Below are positions 32,591 to 42,439 of a stretch of DNA of 64,000 nt, piece by piece. The translations under genes and the position numbers were made by a program. Position 1 is the stretch's first letter, and the number at the start of each line of letters is the position of its first letter. The notes under the pieces were generated by a model. The model ran no database searches. It was not told the origin of the DNA and saw nothing but the letters and a program-made list of their open reading frames with translations. The DNA is from an uncultured Gammaproteobacteria bacterium (GTDB lineage Bacteria > Patescibacteriota > Microgenomatia > 2-02-FULL-39-11), in assembly GCA_964354025.1 (NCBI GenBank), contig CAYGXQ010000001.1, positions 70,567 through 134,566 of the forward strand. Reading direction: 5' to 3'.

Positions 32591-33484
32591 TCATTTGAGG
32601 AAATTTTCCAAGAAGATAATTTTCTTTCCGCCAAAGCCTTCTTTGAATTTTGTAAATCCTTTCCAGGTAAGTGAAGCTTTGGGAAAACGGTCGTCGCAGA
32701 TGCCTTCAAAATCAAAAATCCGACAGCTTTTTCTTTTCGCTGTTCTCAGAGCTTCCCAAACCAAAAGAGTCGGCGCAAAAAGCTTTTTACCTTCCTTCAA
32801 AGCAGAAGCATACCAATAGTAGGCAACTTTATCATACATAAGCAGTAATATTCCGGCCAGGGGTTTCTCATTATTGATAGAAGCGATCGTTTGCATCCGC
32901 GTCAGGGGTTGACTTTTCATTGTTGGATAGGCCAACAGTAAAGCAGCGTGTCGTGGATGGAAATTTTTCCAGAGCATTTTCATTTCTTTGGTGATAAGAA
33001 AACCAATTAGTTTATATTGCTGCTTACGGACTTTGATAAAGGCTTCAAGATCGTTGGATTCTTTGACTGTAATTCCGTTTTTAACTGCCCGGCGGACACC
33101 TCTTCTTTTGGCTTCGGTAAAACTGTTAAATATTGTTTCTTCTTTTTGGGTCAGGTCTATCCGGATAGTGGTGGTGGGATTGAAAGGCGAATGTTCAATT
33201 TTAAAACCGCTACTTAATAATTTCCTTCTATAAAGTTCGGCATTTTTATCCTGAACAAGGAGATATGGGGCGATTTTCAGGCGGAAGATTATGTATTGTT
33301 TGTACAAATATTTTATTTGATTAAGAGAAAAATTTTTGTCCGGCCGGGGAATTTTGGCGAAATGGCCAAACAAAGGGAATTTTTTCAGATAGATATAAGC
33401 GGAACCTATTTTCGCCACCTGCCAGTTGAGATCTCTCATAAAAGCAGCAAATTGAGGTGATTGACGGATGTCTGTCATAATCAA
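32591..33484 (-). CDS. FemAB/FemX family peptidoglycan bridge aminoacyltransferase
   Basis: DIRQS, IDL..EE, FDFEGI, GFTKFKEGFGG. Confidence 0.85.
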   Translation of the reverse strand: MIMTDIRQSPQFAAFMRDLNWQVAKIGSAYIYLKKFPLFGHFAKIPRPDKNFSLNQIKYLYKQYIIFRLKIAPYLLVQDKNAELYRRKLLSSGFKIEHSPFNPTTTIRIDLTQKEETIFNSFTEAKRRGVRRAVKNGITVKESNDLEAFIKVRKQQYKLIGFLITKEMKMLWKNFHPRHAALLLAYPTMKSQPLTRMQTIASINNEKPLAGILLLMYDKVAYYWYASALKEGKKLFAPTLLVWEALRTAKRKSCRIFDFEGICDDRFPKASLTWKGFTKFKEGFGGKKIIFLENFLK

Positions 33485-33531
33485 CTCTGGGAATAGCGCA
33501 CTTTAGTGCGCGCGCAGACTAAAGTCTGCTA

Positions 33532-35052
33532 TTACTTTTTATTTAAATTTTGAATTTTAATCATTATCTCTTTTAACTTTTCCTTCTCTCCCGTTTTTTC
33601 ATAAAGGTCAGCCAACGCATAATAACTGAAAATGAAAGTCGGATCCAGAGCGATTGCCTTTTGATATTCTTCCTCGGCTTCCTTATATTTCCCCTGTTCC
33701 TTATAGATATTGGCCAGGTTGTGGTGAGTATTGGGATAAACATCCGATAAAGCAATCAGATTTTTATATTCGGCTATCGCCAGATCCGTTTGTTTGTTTT
33801 CCGCGTAGGCCATAGCCAGATTATTGCGCATGGGAATATGCCAGGAAGATTGAGTCAGGCTTTTGGTATAAAAAGTGATCGGGTCGCGCCAGTCGTTATT
33901 GCGGATGATAGTCTTAATAATCAGAAGACTGAAGACGGTCAGACAGAAGACGGATAGAATTATCCGGTGATTACGATTGGAGAATTTCTGCCAGAGAAAT
34001 ATGAAAATAGAAGCAACCAGAAGAAAGAAACCGATTGAGGGGAGATACAGATAATGCTCGGAGGCAATACTGTTGATCGGGATAATGCCGCAAACTGGCA
34101 GGATGGTCAAGAAAAACCAGCCGGAGGAAAAAAAGAGGATTTTATTCTTTGTTTTATATATTAAAAAAAGAAGGCCAATGGTGATTAATAAAAACATTAT
34201 CACGGCCGGATTTACGGGAGAAGAAACATAAGTTATATTTCTGGCAAAAATCAGCTCTTTCGGGAAAAGAAGCAGCTGGAGATATTGGAAAAAAGCTTGA
34301 GGAAAAGTCAGCAATCTGACGAAAAGATTTTGGCTATAAAGATTACCAGTCTGGTAGAAGTTCAGGGTGTTGCCGAAATTCAGGACCGTCAGCCGAAGAA
34401 ATATATAGACAAAATCGATACCCAAAAAGACAACAGTTATTATAGACAATTTTTTATGAGAGTATTTACCTGTTTTATCGATTAGTAATATTAAAATCAG
34501 TAAAAAAGGCAAAATGACAGCCGTTTCTTTGGAAAGAAGCGCCAAAATAAAAAAAACAGTAGCGGGTAAAATATTTTTTCTTAAGGAGAAAAGGAGAGAC
34601 AGAAGGACAAAAAAAGAGCAAAGGAGATCGGTCCGGCCGGACGCGTAAGCGACGGCTTCCGTTTGGACCGGGTGGATGATAAATAACAAAGCAGTGACGG
34701 AAGCCAGGATTTTTCGCTTAAATAGACATTGGATAAGAAGAAAAACCAAAAAGGCATTTGCCGCGTGAAGAAAGATACTGGTCAGGTGATAGCCCAAAGG
34801 ATTTACGTTCCAGATGGTATGATCAATGGCAAAAGAAAGAAGGAGAACAGGACGGTACATATTGCTGGTTTTACCCGCCCCGGCCACCATATTTTCGGAA
34901 AAATATTTCGGCCAATATCGAAGGTCAGCGACGTAAGCATTTTTGTAGATCAGCTCTTCATCGTCATAAAAAAGTTTATTATTTAGGATATTGTGATAAC
35001 AGAGGAAGGTAACGAGTAAAAAAAATATCCCGATAAATAAATTATTTCTCAT
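33532..35052 (-). CDS. TMTC-like membrane glycosyltransferase with C-terminal TPRs
   Basis: YDD, YRP, HP.QTEAV, GR, SKE, EHYLYLP and TPR repeats. Confidence 0.85.
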   Translation of the reverse strand: MRNNLFIGIFFLLVTFLCYHNILNNKLFYDDEELIYKNAYVADLRYWPKYFSENMVAGAGKTSNMYRPVLLLSFAIDHTIWNVNPLGYHLTSIFLHAANAFLVFLLIQCLFKRKILASVTALLFIIHPVQTEAVAYASGRTDLLCSFFVLLSLLFSLRKNILPATVFFILALLSKETAVILPFLLILILLIDKTGKYSHKKLSIITVVFLGIDFVYIFLRLTVLNFGNTLNFYQTGNLYSQNLFVRLLTFPQAFFQYLQLLLFPKELIFARNITYVSSPVNPAVIMFLLITIGLLFLIYKTKNKILFFSSGWFFLTILPVCGIIPINSIASEHYLYLPSIGFFLLVASIFIFLWQKFSNRNHRIILSVFCLTVFSLLIIKTIIRNNDWRDPITFYTKSLTQSSWHIPMRNNLAMAYAENKQTDLAIAEYKNLIALSDVYPNTHHNLANIYKEQGKYKEAEEEYQKAIALDPTFIFSYYALADLYEKTGEKEKLKEIMIKIQNLNKK

Positions 35053-35053
35053 T

Positions 35054-36079
35054 CTATAAGTTACTTTTAATTCTAAGGAAGAGATTTCTCATTCGATGAC
35101 CAAGGTTGTAGAAACGATAAAGAACCGGATCGATGATCAGATCGTAACTGCCGATAAATTCGACCGGTTTGGGAGAAAAGCCCATCTTAAACCGGTGGAA
35201 TCCAAACCAGGGGTCAGCCGGGTTTGGTTCGGGACCCAGCGCCCCCCACATGTCAAAAATTTTGGCTCCTTTTTTTTGGCCGAAACGGATTATTTCCCAC
35301 ATAAGAAGCGTAGAAGCCATGGTATTTCTGAACCGGTCACTTGAAGCGCCATACGGATAGTACAAAACACCGTTGAAAAGAAAAACAATCCAGGAGGCCA
35401 GAATATGTTTCTGCCCTTCATGAGAATAGGTGGCGGTAAAAAGGTGGGCCATACCGCTTTTTTTCAAGGTTTCCCACATCAGACGGTGATATTTTTCGTC
35501 GTGGGCGTAGAATTTTTGCCTTCTGGTGGTTTCAAAAGTCAGTTTTAAATAATTTTCAAAAGCTTCAGGAGAATCATCTTCGGCAATTACCACTCCGTGT
35601 TTTTGGGCGACTTTGATGTTGTACCGGGTTTTGGGATGCATATTCTTTAATAGATCTTCCTCACTTTTGGTCAGGTTGAGCTGAAGAGTGTATTTGGTGA
35701 AGAGTGGATGAGATGAATTTAGAATTATGAATCTAGAATTATGAATTAAGGATTGTGATTGGGTATTAGTAATAACATTTGGTTCTAATTTTATAAATAT
35801 ACAATGGTGTTTCTTCCCCACACAATATAACTCTTCTAACATTTCGTGGGAAGGAATATGACCTTTGGGGAAATAGCCGATGGTTTTTTTGATAAACGGA
35901 ATAGGATGGAGGGTGATCTGGGCGGTTTCCGCCAATTTATTATTGATATAATTGCCCAGGCGGATTTCTTCCAAACCTGTTTTTCGGCGAAAATCCCCCC
36001 ATTCCCATGACTGAAGGGGGTGGAGAGCCAGATAGTTAAAGGCTTCTTTATCTTCGATGGTAACTGGTTTGATACTCAT
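35054..36079 (-). CDS. FemAB/FemX family aminoacyltransferase
   Basis: HPLQSWEWG, KTRYNI..A, Y.YGAS, GFHRFK.GF. Confidence 0.9.
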   Translation of the reverse strand: MSIKPVTIEDKEAFNYLALHPLQSWEWGDFRRKTGLEEIRLGNYINNKLAETAQITLHPIPFIKKTIGYFPKGHIPSHEMLEELYCVGKKHHCIFIKLEPNVITNTQSQSLIHNSRFIILNSSHPLFTKYTLQLNLTKSEEDLLKNMHPKTRYNIKVAQKHGVVIAEDDSPEAFENYLKLTFETTRRQKFYAHDEKYHRLMWETLKKSGMAHLFTATYSHEGQKHILASWIVFLFNGVLYYPYGASSDRFRNTMASTLLMWEIIRFGQKKGAKIFDMWGALGPEPNPADPWFGFHRFKMGFSPKPVEFIGSYDLIIDPVLYRFYNLGHRMRNLFLRIKSNL

Positions 36080-36097
36080 AGTATATCTTGTTCTCTT

Positions 36098-36130
36098 CAC
36101 ACCGGGTGTGTGCAGCACACACCCGGTGTG
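36098..36130. repeat. REPIN-like doublet of the transposase-flanking palindrome
   Basis: CACACCGGGTGTG-tgcagca-CACACCCGGTGTG. Confidence 0.75.
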
Positions 36131-36169
36131 GTTTTAAGGCACAATGATATTTTATATGTTATCATATCT

Positions 36170-36562
36170 ATGATGAGGAAAAGAAATACAAAATTTTTGC
36201 GTTCGCCACTGGCCAAGACGCCGAAGTGGTTATTGGTTGCTTTCGTTATTTTGATTGCCGGCTTAATTTCCCAAAAAGAAATAAGTTCAATTCAAAATAA
36301 ATATATGGACGGTTCAACTTCAAAATATGTCGAGATGGCAATTTCCGACCTGGTAAACAGGTTAAAAATCGGGAGAGAACAGATTGTACTGAAAGACATA
36401 AGTAAGAAAGACTGGTCGAATACGAGTTTGGGTTGTCCGAAGAAAAATATGATATATGCTCAGGTAATTGTCCCGGGTTATCTTATCACTTTAAACGCTT
36501 CCGGAAATTCCTATATTTACCACGCCGGTTCAAACCGGGTCGTTTCCTGCCAGAGTAACTAA
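36170..36562 (+). CDS. membrane-anchored hypothetical protein
   Basis: TM segment and WSNTSLGCP..YAQVI.PGY..Y.YH motif. Confidence 0.7.
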   Translation: MMRKRNTKFLRSPLAKTPKWLLVAFVILIAGLISQKEISSIQNKYMDGSTSKYVEMAISDLVNRLKIGREQIVLKDISKKDWSNTSLGCPKKNMIYAQVIVPGYLITLNASGNSYIYHAGSNRVVSCQSN

Positions 36563-38371
36563 ATGTTCGGGGATATCAAGGATAAACCGGGAAATCTGGT
36601 TAGCATTCCTCTGACCGAAGTACAGCCGCTGCCGGGCAAAAGTGAGATATAAATTTTCCATCGCCCTCGTCACTCCCACATAACAAAGACGTCTTTCTTC
36701 CTCCAACTCCAAAGTGTCAAGAAGTGAGCGGGAATGGGGGAAAAGACCTTCTTCCATGCCGATGATGAAAACGGTTTTAAACTCCAGACCTTTGGCGGCA
36801 TGAAGAGTCATCAGGGTTAAGGCATCGTTTTTCTCTTGAGGAACAGGATGATCAGGGGTATATTCCTGTTCAACCAGCGCGACATTTTCCAAAAAAAGGG
36901 AAAGGTCGTCAAACTCAGCCGCCACCGAACGGAGCTCCCTGATATTTTCCAGCCGCGAAAATTCCTCTTCGATTTCCGGATCATATAAATCAAGATAGGT
37001 TGACGACTCGAGAGTTTGGTCCAAAATTTCCATAACGGTCAATTTCCGTGATTGTTCTGATTTTTTGAAATCCTGGGCAAAGACTAAAAAGCGCTCATAC
37101 TTTTTCTTGCCGATTTTTTCCGTCCTTTTAAGGGAAACCGAGTCGGCCGGATTAACCAGTAACCGAAGGTATGACAGGACATCCTTGATTTCCTTCCTTT
37201 CATAAAACCGGACGCCGCCAACCAGAAGATAAGGGATGCTTTTGGAAAGAAGCGCTTCTTCGATGACCCGGCTTTGGGCATTGGTCCGGTAAAGGACGAC
37301 GAAATCAGAATAAGCACTTTTCGGATGATAATATCTGTAATCGGAGACTACCCTGATGATGAAGTCCGCCTCATCGTGTTCGTTTCCCGCCTGATAAAGT
37401 TTAATCGCGTTGCCGCTTTTTTTGTCCGTCCAGAGTTTGAGGATCGGGTGCGACTGGTTTTTGGAGATTATCGAGTAAGCGGTATCCAGGATCATCTTGG
37501 TTGAGCGGTAATTTTGTTCAAGGTGGAAAACTTTGGTATCAGGGAAATCTTTCTGGAAATTGACAATATTGCGAAAATCCGCCCCACGCCAGGCGTAAAT
37601 GCTTTGGGAAGCGTCACCGACAACGCAGAGATTGCGCCATTTTTTGGCCAACAGTTTCGTTAATACATATTGGGCACGGTTGGTGTCCTGGTATTCGTCA
37701 ACTAAAATATAGCGGAATTTATTCTGTAAAAAGCCGGCCGTTTCCTTATCCTTTTCCAATAGACGGACGACCATAAAAATGAGATCGTCAAAATCCAGGG
37801 CTTGGTTTTCCCGGAGAATTTTTTGGTATTCAAGATAGATTTTACCGACTTCTTTTTGGAAAGGGCCGTAGGCATACTGCGGATATTCGGTCGAGGAAAT
37901 CAGTTCGTTTTTGGCTGAGGAAATCATAGCCCCAACGATGGTGGGTTTGAATTTGGTCCGGTCAAGATCAAGTTTGCCAACCGCCTCTTTGATAACCTCT
38001 TTTTGGTCCTGGTCGTCGTAAATGAGGAAACCGGGCGGGATGCCTAATTTGCAGCCGTATCGGCGAAGAATTTTAGCACAGATGGCATGGAAAGTACCGC
38101 AGATAGGAAGATTGGTCGCTGGTCGTTGGTCGCTGGTCTTTAGTAAACGGATAATCCTTTCCTTCATCTCCCCGGAGGCTTTATTGGTAAAAGTGACCAT
38201 CAGGAGGTTATCGGGAGAAATGCCTTTTTCAGCGATGAGGTAGGCGACTTTGTAAGTCAAAACCCGGGTTTTCCCCGAGCCGGCTCCGGCTAAAATCAGG
38301 ATTGGTCCGTCAGTCTGTTTGACAGCGGCCGCCTGCGCCGGATTAAGTTGTTTGAGAAGATTATCGCTCAT
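36530..38371 (-). CDS. pcrA: ATP-dependent DNA helicase PcrA/UvrD
   Basis: AGAGSGKT, DEYQDTN, LEQNYRST, YRTNAQSR, HAAKGLEF. Confidence 0.93.
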   Translation of the reverse strand: MSDNLLKQLNPAQAAAVKQTDGPILILAGAGSGKTRVLTYKVAYLIAEKGISPDNLLMVTFTNKASGEMKERIIRLLKTSDQRPATNLPICGTFHAICAKILRRYGCKLGIPPGFLIYDDQDQKEVIKEAVGKLDLDRTKFKPTIVGAMISSAKNELISSTEYPQYAYGPFQKEVGKIYLEYQKILRENQALDFDDLIFMVVRLLEKDKETAGFLQNKFRYILVDEYQDTNRAQYVLTKLLAKKWRNLCVVGDASQSIYAWRGADFRNIVNFQKDFPDTKVFHLEQNYRSTKMILDTAYSIISKNQSHPILKLWTDKKSGNAIKLYQAGNEHDEADFIIRVVSDYRYYHPKSAYSDFVVLYRTNAQSRVIEEALLSKSIPYLLVGGVRFYERKEIKDVLSYLRLLVNPADSVSLKRTEKIGKKKYERFLVFAQDFKKSEQSRKLTVMEILDQTLESSTYLDLYDPEIEEEFSRLENIRELRSVAAEFDDLSLFLENVALVEQEYTPDHPVPQEKNDALTLMTLHAAKGLEFKTVFIIGMEEGLFPHSRSLLDTLELEEERRLCYVGVTRAMENLYLTFARQRLYFGQRNANQISRFILDIPEHLVTLAGNDPV

Positions 38372-38463
38372 GATATAATGGATATCTATAATAGCATATT
38401 GTAATAGCAGACTTTAGTCTGCGTAAAACGCGCAATAAATTGCGCTAATCCAATTATTAACTC

Positions 38464-39144
38464 ATGAAATACTTAATAGCAAACTGGAAATCCAACAAAA
38501 ACAGCCGGGAAGTGGAGATTTGGTTTTCCCAAATGAAGAAAAAATTTACGGACAATCCGGCCGTAAAAATCGACCGGCTGGAAATCGTTATCTGTCCGCC
38601 ATATCTTTATTTACCCCAAGCGGCGAAATTGATTAGTAAATATCAGCTACCTCTGAAATTGGGCACTCAGGACGTCTCACCTTTCCCTGCCGGAGCTTAT
38701 ACCGGAGCCGTCACCGCCCGGATGATTGCCGAATACGCTGCTTATACTATCATCGGCCACTCGGAAAGAAGAAAGTATTTTAAGGAAGATGAGGTTCAAC
38801 TTTCAGCCAAAGTAATCATGGCCAAAGATGAAGAATTAACTCCGGTTTATTGCATCGCCAACAAACAAAACCAGATTCCGGAAGAAGTGACCATTGTCGC
38901 TTACGAACCGGTAGAGGCTATCGGCAGCGGTCAACCGGAAACGCCGGAGAAAGCTTCGGAAATGGCTAATTTTTTGAAAAAACAAAACAGCCAGATCAAA
39001 AATATCCTTTATGGTGGCAGTGTTAAGCCCGGAAATATCAACTCCTACTTAAACGCATCCGGAATCGACGGGGTATTGGTCGGCGGCGCCAGTATGATTG
39101 TTGAGTCTTTTTGGGAGATGATCGTCAATGCTTCATCCGTTTAA
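38464..39144 (+). CDS. tpiA: triosephosphate isomerase
   Basis: ANWK, IGHSERR, AYEP, LYGGSV, LVGGAS. Confidence 0.96.
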   Translation: MKYLIANWKSNKNSREVEIWFSQMKKKFTDNPAVKIDRLEIVICPPYLYLPQAAKLISKYQLPLKLGTQDVSPFPAGAYTGAVTARMIAEYAAYTIIGHSERRKYFKEDEVQLSAKVIMAKDEELTPVYCIANKQNQIPEEVTIVAYEPVEAIGSGQPETPEKASEMANFLKKQNSQIKNILYGGSVKPGNINSYLNASGIDGVLVGGASMIVESFWEMIVNASSV

Positions 39145-40222
39145 GAGAAAATTGATTAAATTCAAGCGAATTCTCCTACCCACTTTGATCGTGGGAGTTT
39201 TTTTTGTGGCGATAATCATTTTAGTGCGGTTTTTTGCCCCTTATTATAACTTCGCCAGAGAAAATAATTTATCGTTCTCTTTAATCCAAAGTCTGGTTTT
39301 TGATAAAAAACCAGATTTGAAAGAATACAAAGGCAGGACAAACGTAGTCCTTTTGGGAATTTCCGGCGGCAGCCATGAAGGCGGAGATCTGACCGATACG
39401 ATCATTTTTACCAGCACGGATTTTGCCAAAAAAGACGTCGTGGTTGTCTCCGTACCAAGAGATGTTTGGCTACCGTCTTTGAAAGACAGGATCAATTCCG
39501 CTTATCATTACGGTGAAGAAAAAAAGCCGGGAGGGGGTTTGATTTTGGCCAAAGCGGCTATTGAGGAAGTTCTGGGACAGCCGGTGCAATACGGTTTGAT
39601 GATAAATTTTTCCGGGTTTGAGAAAGTGATTGATTTGATTGGCGGAGTCGATATTGAGGTGGAGAAATCATTTACGGATAAACTTTATCCGGTTGAAGGG
39701 AAAGAAAACGATACTTGCGGTAGCGACAAAACATACGCCTGCCGTTACGAAACACTGGTTTTTGAAAAAGGGAGGCAACATATGGACGGTAAACTGGCTC
39801 TGAAGTATGTTCGCAGCCGCCACGCCGAAGGGGAAGAGGGGACGGATTTTGCCAGAGGCAGACGGCAGCAGCAGGTGATTTTGGCCGTGAAAAATAAAAT
39901 TATTACCCAAAAACTTTGGAAAGATTTTAACTTAATGAAAAAATTGTATGAGGTTTTTATGCAAAACGTGGCCACTGATTTGAACTGGTCGGAGAAGATC
40001 CTTTTAGGGAAATTTTTCCTGACTATGCCGGAAGGTGTTGTCCGTCAACTGGTTTTGGATACCGGCGATGAAAAACAAAAGAGAAAAGGCTTTCTGGTCA
40101 ATCCGCCGGCCTGGCAGTATAAAGACATGTGGGTGCTGACTCCCCGAAGCGGAGATTTCACTGAAATCCAAAAATATATTTCCTGTCAACTGGAATCCCC
40201 AAGTTGTGAGATAAAACCGTAA
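39128..40222 (+). CDS. LCP (LytR-CpsA-Psr) family protein
   Basis: TDTI, SVPRD, RINSAY, YVRSR, DFARGRRQQ. Confidence 0.93.
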   Translation: MLHPFKRKLIKFKRILLPTLIVGVFFVAIIILVRFFAPYYNFARENNLSFSLIQSLVFDKKPDLKEYKGRTNVVLLGISGGSHEGGDLTDTIIFTSTDFAKKDVVVVSVPRDVWLPSLKDRINSAYHYGEEKKPGGGLILAKAAIEEVLGQPVQYGLMINFSGFEKVIDLIGGVDIEVEKSFTDKLYPVEGKENDTCGSDKTYACRYETLVFEKGRQHMDGKLALKYVRSRHAEGEEGTDFARGRRQQQVILAVKNKIITQKLWKDFNLMKKLYEVFMQNVATDLNWSEKILLGKFFLTMPEGVVRQLVLDTGDEKQKRKGFLVNPPAWQYKDMWVLTPRSGDFTEIQKYISCQLESPSCEIKP

Positions 40223-40235
40223 AAATATTGTTCCC

Positions 40236-40448
40236 TTATACGGTTATCATTCTTCTTTCGATCTTTTGAGGAAGAGTATGATATGCACGGTTAAGTATCT
40301 CCTTAGCGTCCATAATCTCGAGAGCGACCGGTTGGCGGAATTTATTGAAATGCACGATGATATTGTCCTTCTTTTCCGCGAAGGCAATGGGATCGTCAGA
40401 TAATTCCATCATAAGTATATCGACGTCTTTACTGTATTTTAATTTCAT
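40236..40448 (-). CDS. DUF2283 family protein (putative antitoxin)
   Basis: Y...DIL..L, IVHF, ALEI..A pattern; RBS AAGGAAG. Confidence 0.75.
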   Translation of the reverse strand: MKLKYSKDVDILMMELSDDPIAFAEKKDNIIVHFNKFRQPVALEIMDAKEILNRAYHTLPQKIERRMITV

Positions 40449-40502
40449 ATCTTCCTTTTAGACAATTTATCAAAATATTGCTTTAAGTTCAATAGAAGGA
40501 TC

Positions 40503-40604
40503 TTTCGCTTCTTCAGATCGGAAAAAATATATGATTTTATTGCTTAATTGTTCTATTGTTAAATTGTAAATTTTTCGTCTTCCCTCAATCCGTAAATAAT
40601 ATTT
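40503..40604 (-). repeat. island repeat A, copy 1 (hammerhead-core-like)
   Basis: Minus strand GATTGAGGGAAGACGAA-[8-mer repeats]-TTCCGATCTGAAGAAGCGAAA; homologous to 41375-41484 and 42411-42465. Confidence 0.8.
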
Positions 40605-40654
40605 AGTCTCGTTAGGTTGTCTTACGTCTGTGTAAGTTATATACTAATACTATT

Positions 40655-40978
40655 GTGAACGTAATTAACAGTGAAACAGATCAAATAATCGAAAGAATAA
40701 TTCAACACTGCCAACCGGAAAAAATTATTCTTTTTGGTTCAGTCGCCAGAAATGAGATTAAAGAGAACTCTGACATCGACCTTTTAATCATCAAGGAAAG
40801 TGATAAAAAGAGGCCGTTCAGAGTAAAAGAAATATTCAAAGCTTTAAGAGGCATGGTGAGAAATTATCCTTTAGATGCAATTGTATATACGCCTGAAGAA
40901 TTGGATAAACGTATTCTGATAGGAGATTACTTTATAAAAAGAATATTGAGTGAGGGAAAGACTGTCTATGGCGACTGA
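40655..40978 (+). CDS. minimal nucleotidyltransferase (MNT antitoxin)
   Basis: ILFGS.AR..SDIDLLII. Confidence 0.9.
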   Translation: MNVINSETDQIIERIIQHCQPEKIILFGSVARNEIKENSDIDLLIIKESDKKRPFRVKEIFKALRGMVRNYPLDAIVYTPEELDKRILIGDYFIKRILSEGKTVYGD

Positions 40979-41366
40979 CAAACAAGTTCTTGCCAAGGAG
41001 TGGTTTGATGCGGCGATAAGCGATTACCGGTATGCGGAAATAGGTCTTAAGGAAAATCAGATTTATCCCCAGATTGCCTTTCTGTCTCAACAGGTGGCGG
41101 AGAAACTTCTTAAAGGATTTCTGATACTTCATGACGTTGAACCTCCAAGAATTCATGAATTACCTAAGCTTCTGGATGAATGTGTGAAAATAGATTCTTC
41201 TCTTGATTCTCTTCGTGACGCTTGTGAGTCGTTAACAGGGTTTTATACGGAAACCCGTTATCCACCGGATATCACCGATTATACAAAAGAAGAAATAACG
41301 GAAGCTTTCAATATGGCAAAACTCATCAAAGAGGAAATCGAGTCCATCCAAAACAAACCTCAATAA
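40968..41366 (+). CDS. HEPN domain protein
   Basis: W...A..D, F.SQQ..EK.LK, RIHEL, TRYP; overlaps the MNT stop codon. Confidence 0.9.
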   Translation: MATDKQVLAKEWFDAAISDYRYAEIGLKENQIYPQIAFLSQQVAEKLLKGFLILHDVEPPRIHELPKLLDECVKIDSSLDSLRDACESLTGFYTETRYPPDITDYTKEEITEAFNMAKLIKEEIESIQNKPQ

Positions 41367-41374
41367 TCTTATTT

Positions 41375-41484
41375 TTTCGCCTCTTCAGACCGGAAATAAT
41401 TCATGAGTTCATGGTTCAATTGTTACATTGTTAAATTGCTAAATTGTTAATTATTCGTCTTCCCTCAATCCTTGAATAGTATTT
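41375..41484 (-). repeat. island repeat A, copy 2
   Basis: Same conserved flanks as copy 1 around a longer 8-mer array. Confidence 0.8.
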
Positions 41485-41485
41485 T

Positions 41486-41623
41486 TCGAAGACAGATGGC
41501 CGATGGCGGATGACAGATTTTTCCGTCCTCTGTATTCTGTCTTCCGATTTCTGTCCTCCATTTTCTGCTTTCAGTCTTCCGTATTCTGTCTTCTGACTTC
41601 CGTCCTCCAACTTCCGTCTTCGA
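41486..41623. repeat. inverted heptamer tandem array
   Basis: Degenerate TTCYGTC-like units closed by a TCGAAGAC/GTCTTCGA stem. Confidence 0.75.
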
Positions 41624-41629
41624 TAAGTT

Positions 41630-41696
41630 TCAGGACTGGGGGAAACCTAAGGAGGTTTGCGCATCAGCGCTAAAGATAGTCAGCGGGGTAGGCTGG
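41630..41696 (-). repeat. island repeat B, copy 1
   Basis: GTCAGCGGGGTAGGCTGG (41679-41696) is identical to 43515-43532, and the upstream hairpin is homologous. Confidence 0.8.
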
Positions 41697-41711
41697 TAGA
41701 AATACAACTAT

Positions 41712-41990
41712 TTAACTGAATTGAACACGAAGCGGTGTGTTTAAAACATCAGCCAGGCGTTTAAGAAATGATAAGGTAGGCATTGTTCTGGCGTTTTCCA
41801 CCCGGGAAATAACTGACTGTTTGGTTTTGAGTCGTTTGGCTAGTTCTTTCTGGGTAAAACCGCGTTTTACTCTTGCCATAATCAGAGCACGGGCAATCTC
41901 GTATTCCAGCCGGTTGTCTTCAACGGCTTTACGAATCTCAGGATTTTTTAAAAGTCTTTTTTTATGGGTTTCCCAATCAGTGATGTGCAT
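41712..41990 (-). CDS. HigA-like XRE HTH antitoxin
   Basis: TQKELA..L.TKQS.ISR.E..PTL. Confidence 0.9.
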   Translation of the reverse strand: MHITDWETHKKRLLKNPEIRKAVEDNRLEYEIARALIMARVKRGFTQKELAKRLKTKQSVISRVENARTMPTLSFLKRLADVLNTPLRVQFS

Positions 41991-42030
41991 ATAAAAGATA
42001 ATATCACAATTTTGCTATATTGTCCAGCGG

Positions 42031-42387
42031 TTAAATCAGTGTCCGTGTTTTATATTCAGCTAATCTACTTAAGGCGATTTTAATTTCCTTTATTGGAGTT
42101 TTTTGTTTTTTCTTTTTGAAAGCATGCAACAGTAAAAAAGTGGATTCTTTCACGGTCACGTAGAAAATACGGAGGTTGTCTTCTCCTAATATCCTTATTT
42201 CCCAAAGCGGTGTTCCGGTTAATTTTTTCACGTGGGGTTCCCGAATAGTCAGTCCGAACTCGGTTAACAACTGAAATGTGTTATAAACCTTGGAGATTGC
42301 TTTAGGTGGTAAACTTTCGATAAATTCATAAATTGGTGATGTTCCGGTTAAAGGAGAATAATATTTTATTTTCCAAGTGCCTGTCAT
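42031..42387 (-). CDS. RelE/HigB-like (Gp49 family) toxin
   Basis: SP..EFI, EPHVKKL, LWEIR, LLHAF.KK.QKTP. Confidence 0.9.
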   Translation of the reverse strand: MTGTWKIKYYSPLTGTSPIYEFIESLPPKAISKVYNTFQLLTEFGLTIREPHVKKLTGTPLWEIRILGEDNLRIFYVTVKESTFLLLHAFKKKKQKTPIKEIKIALSRLAEYKTRTLI

Positions 42388-42439
42388 TAATAATAGTATA
42401 TAATATATTTTTTCGCTTCTTCAGAGCGTAAAAAAGTAT

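Noticed and set aside
32880-32915. Possible in-frame insertion in the femAB gene (SQPLTRMQTIA)
   Set aside because: No second copy or clear palindrome in the window; cannot be supported without orthologs.
40470-40643. Open minus-strand frame through repeat A1 (..YLRIEGRR..FRSEEAK..)
   Set aside because: No ATG or RBS after the upstream stop, and the equivalent frame in A2 is broken by stop codons. Treated as non-coding.
41670-41682. AAAGATAGTC resembling the group I intron S element
   Set aside because: No matching R/P7 partner, and it is absent from the homologous B2 copy.
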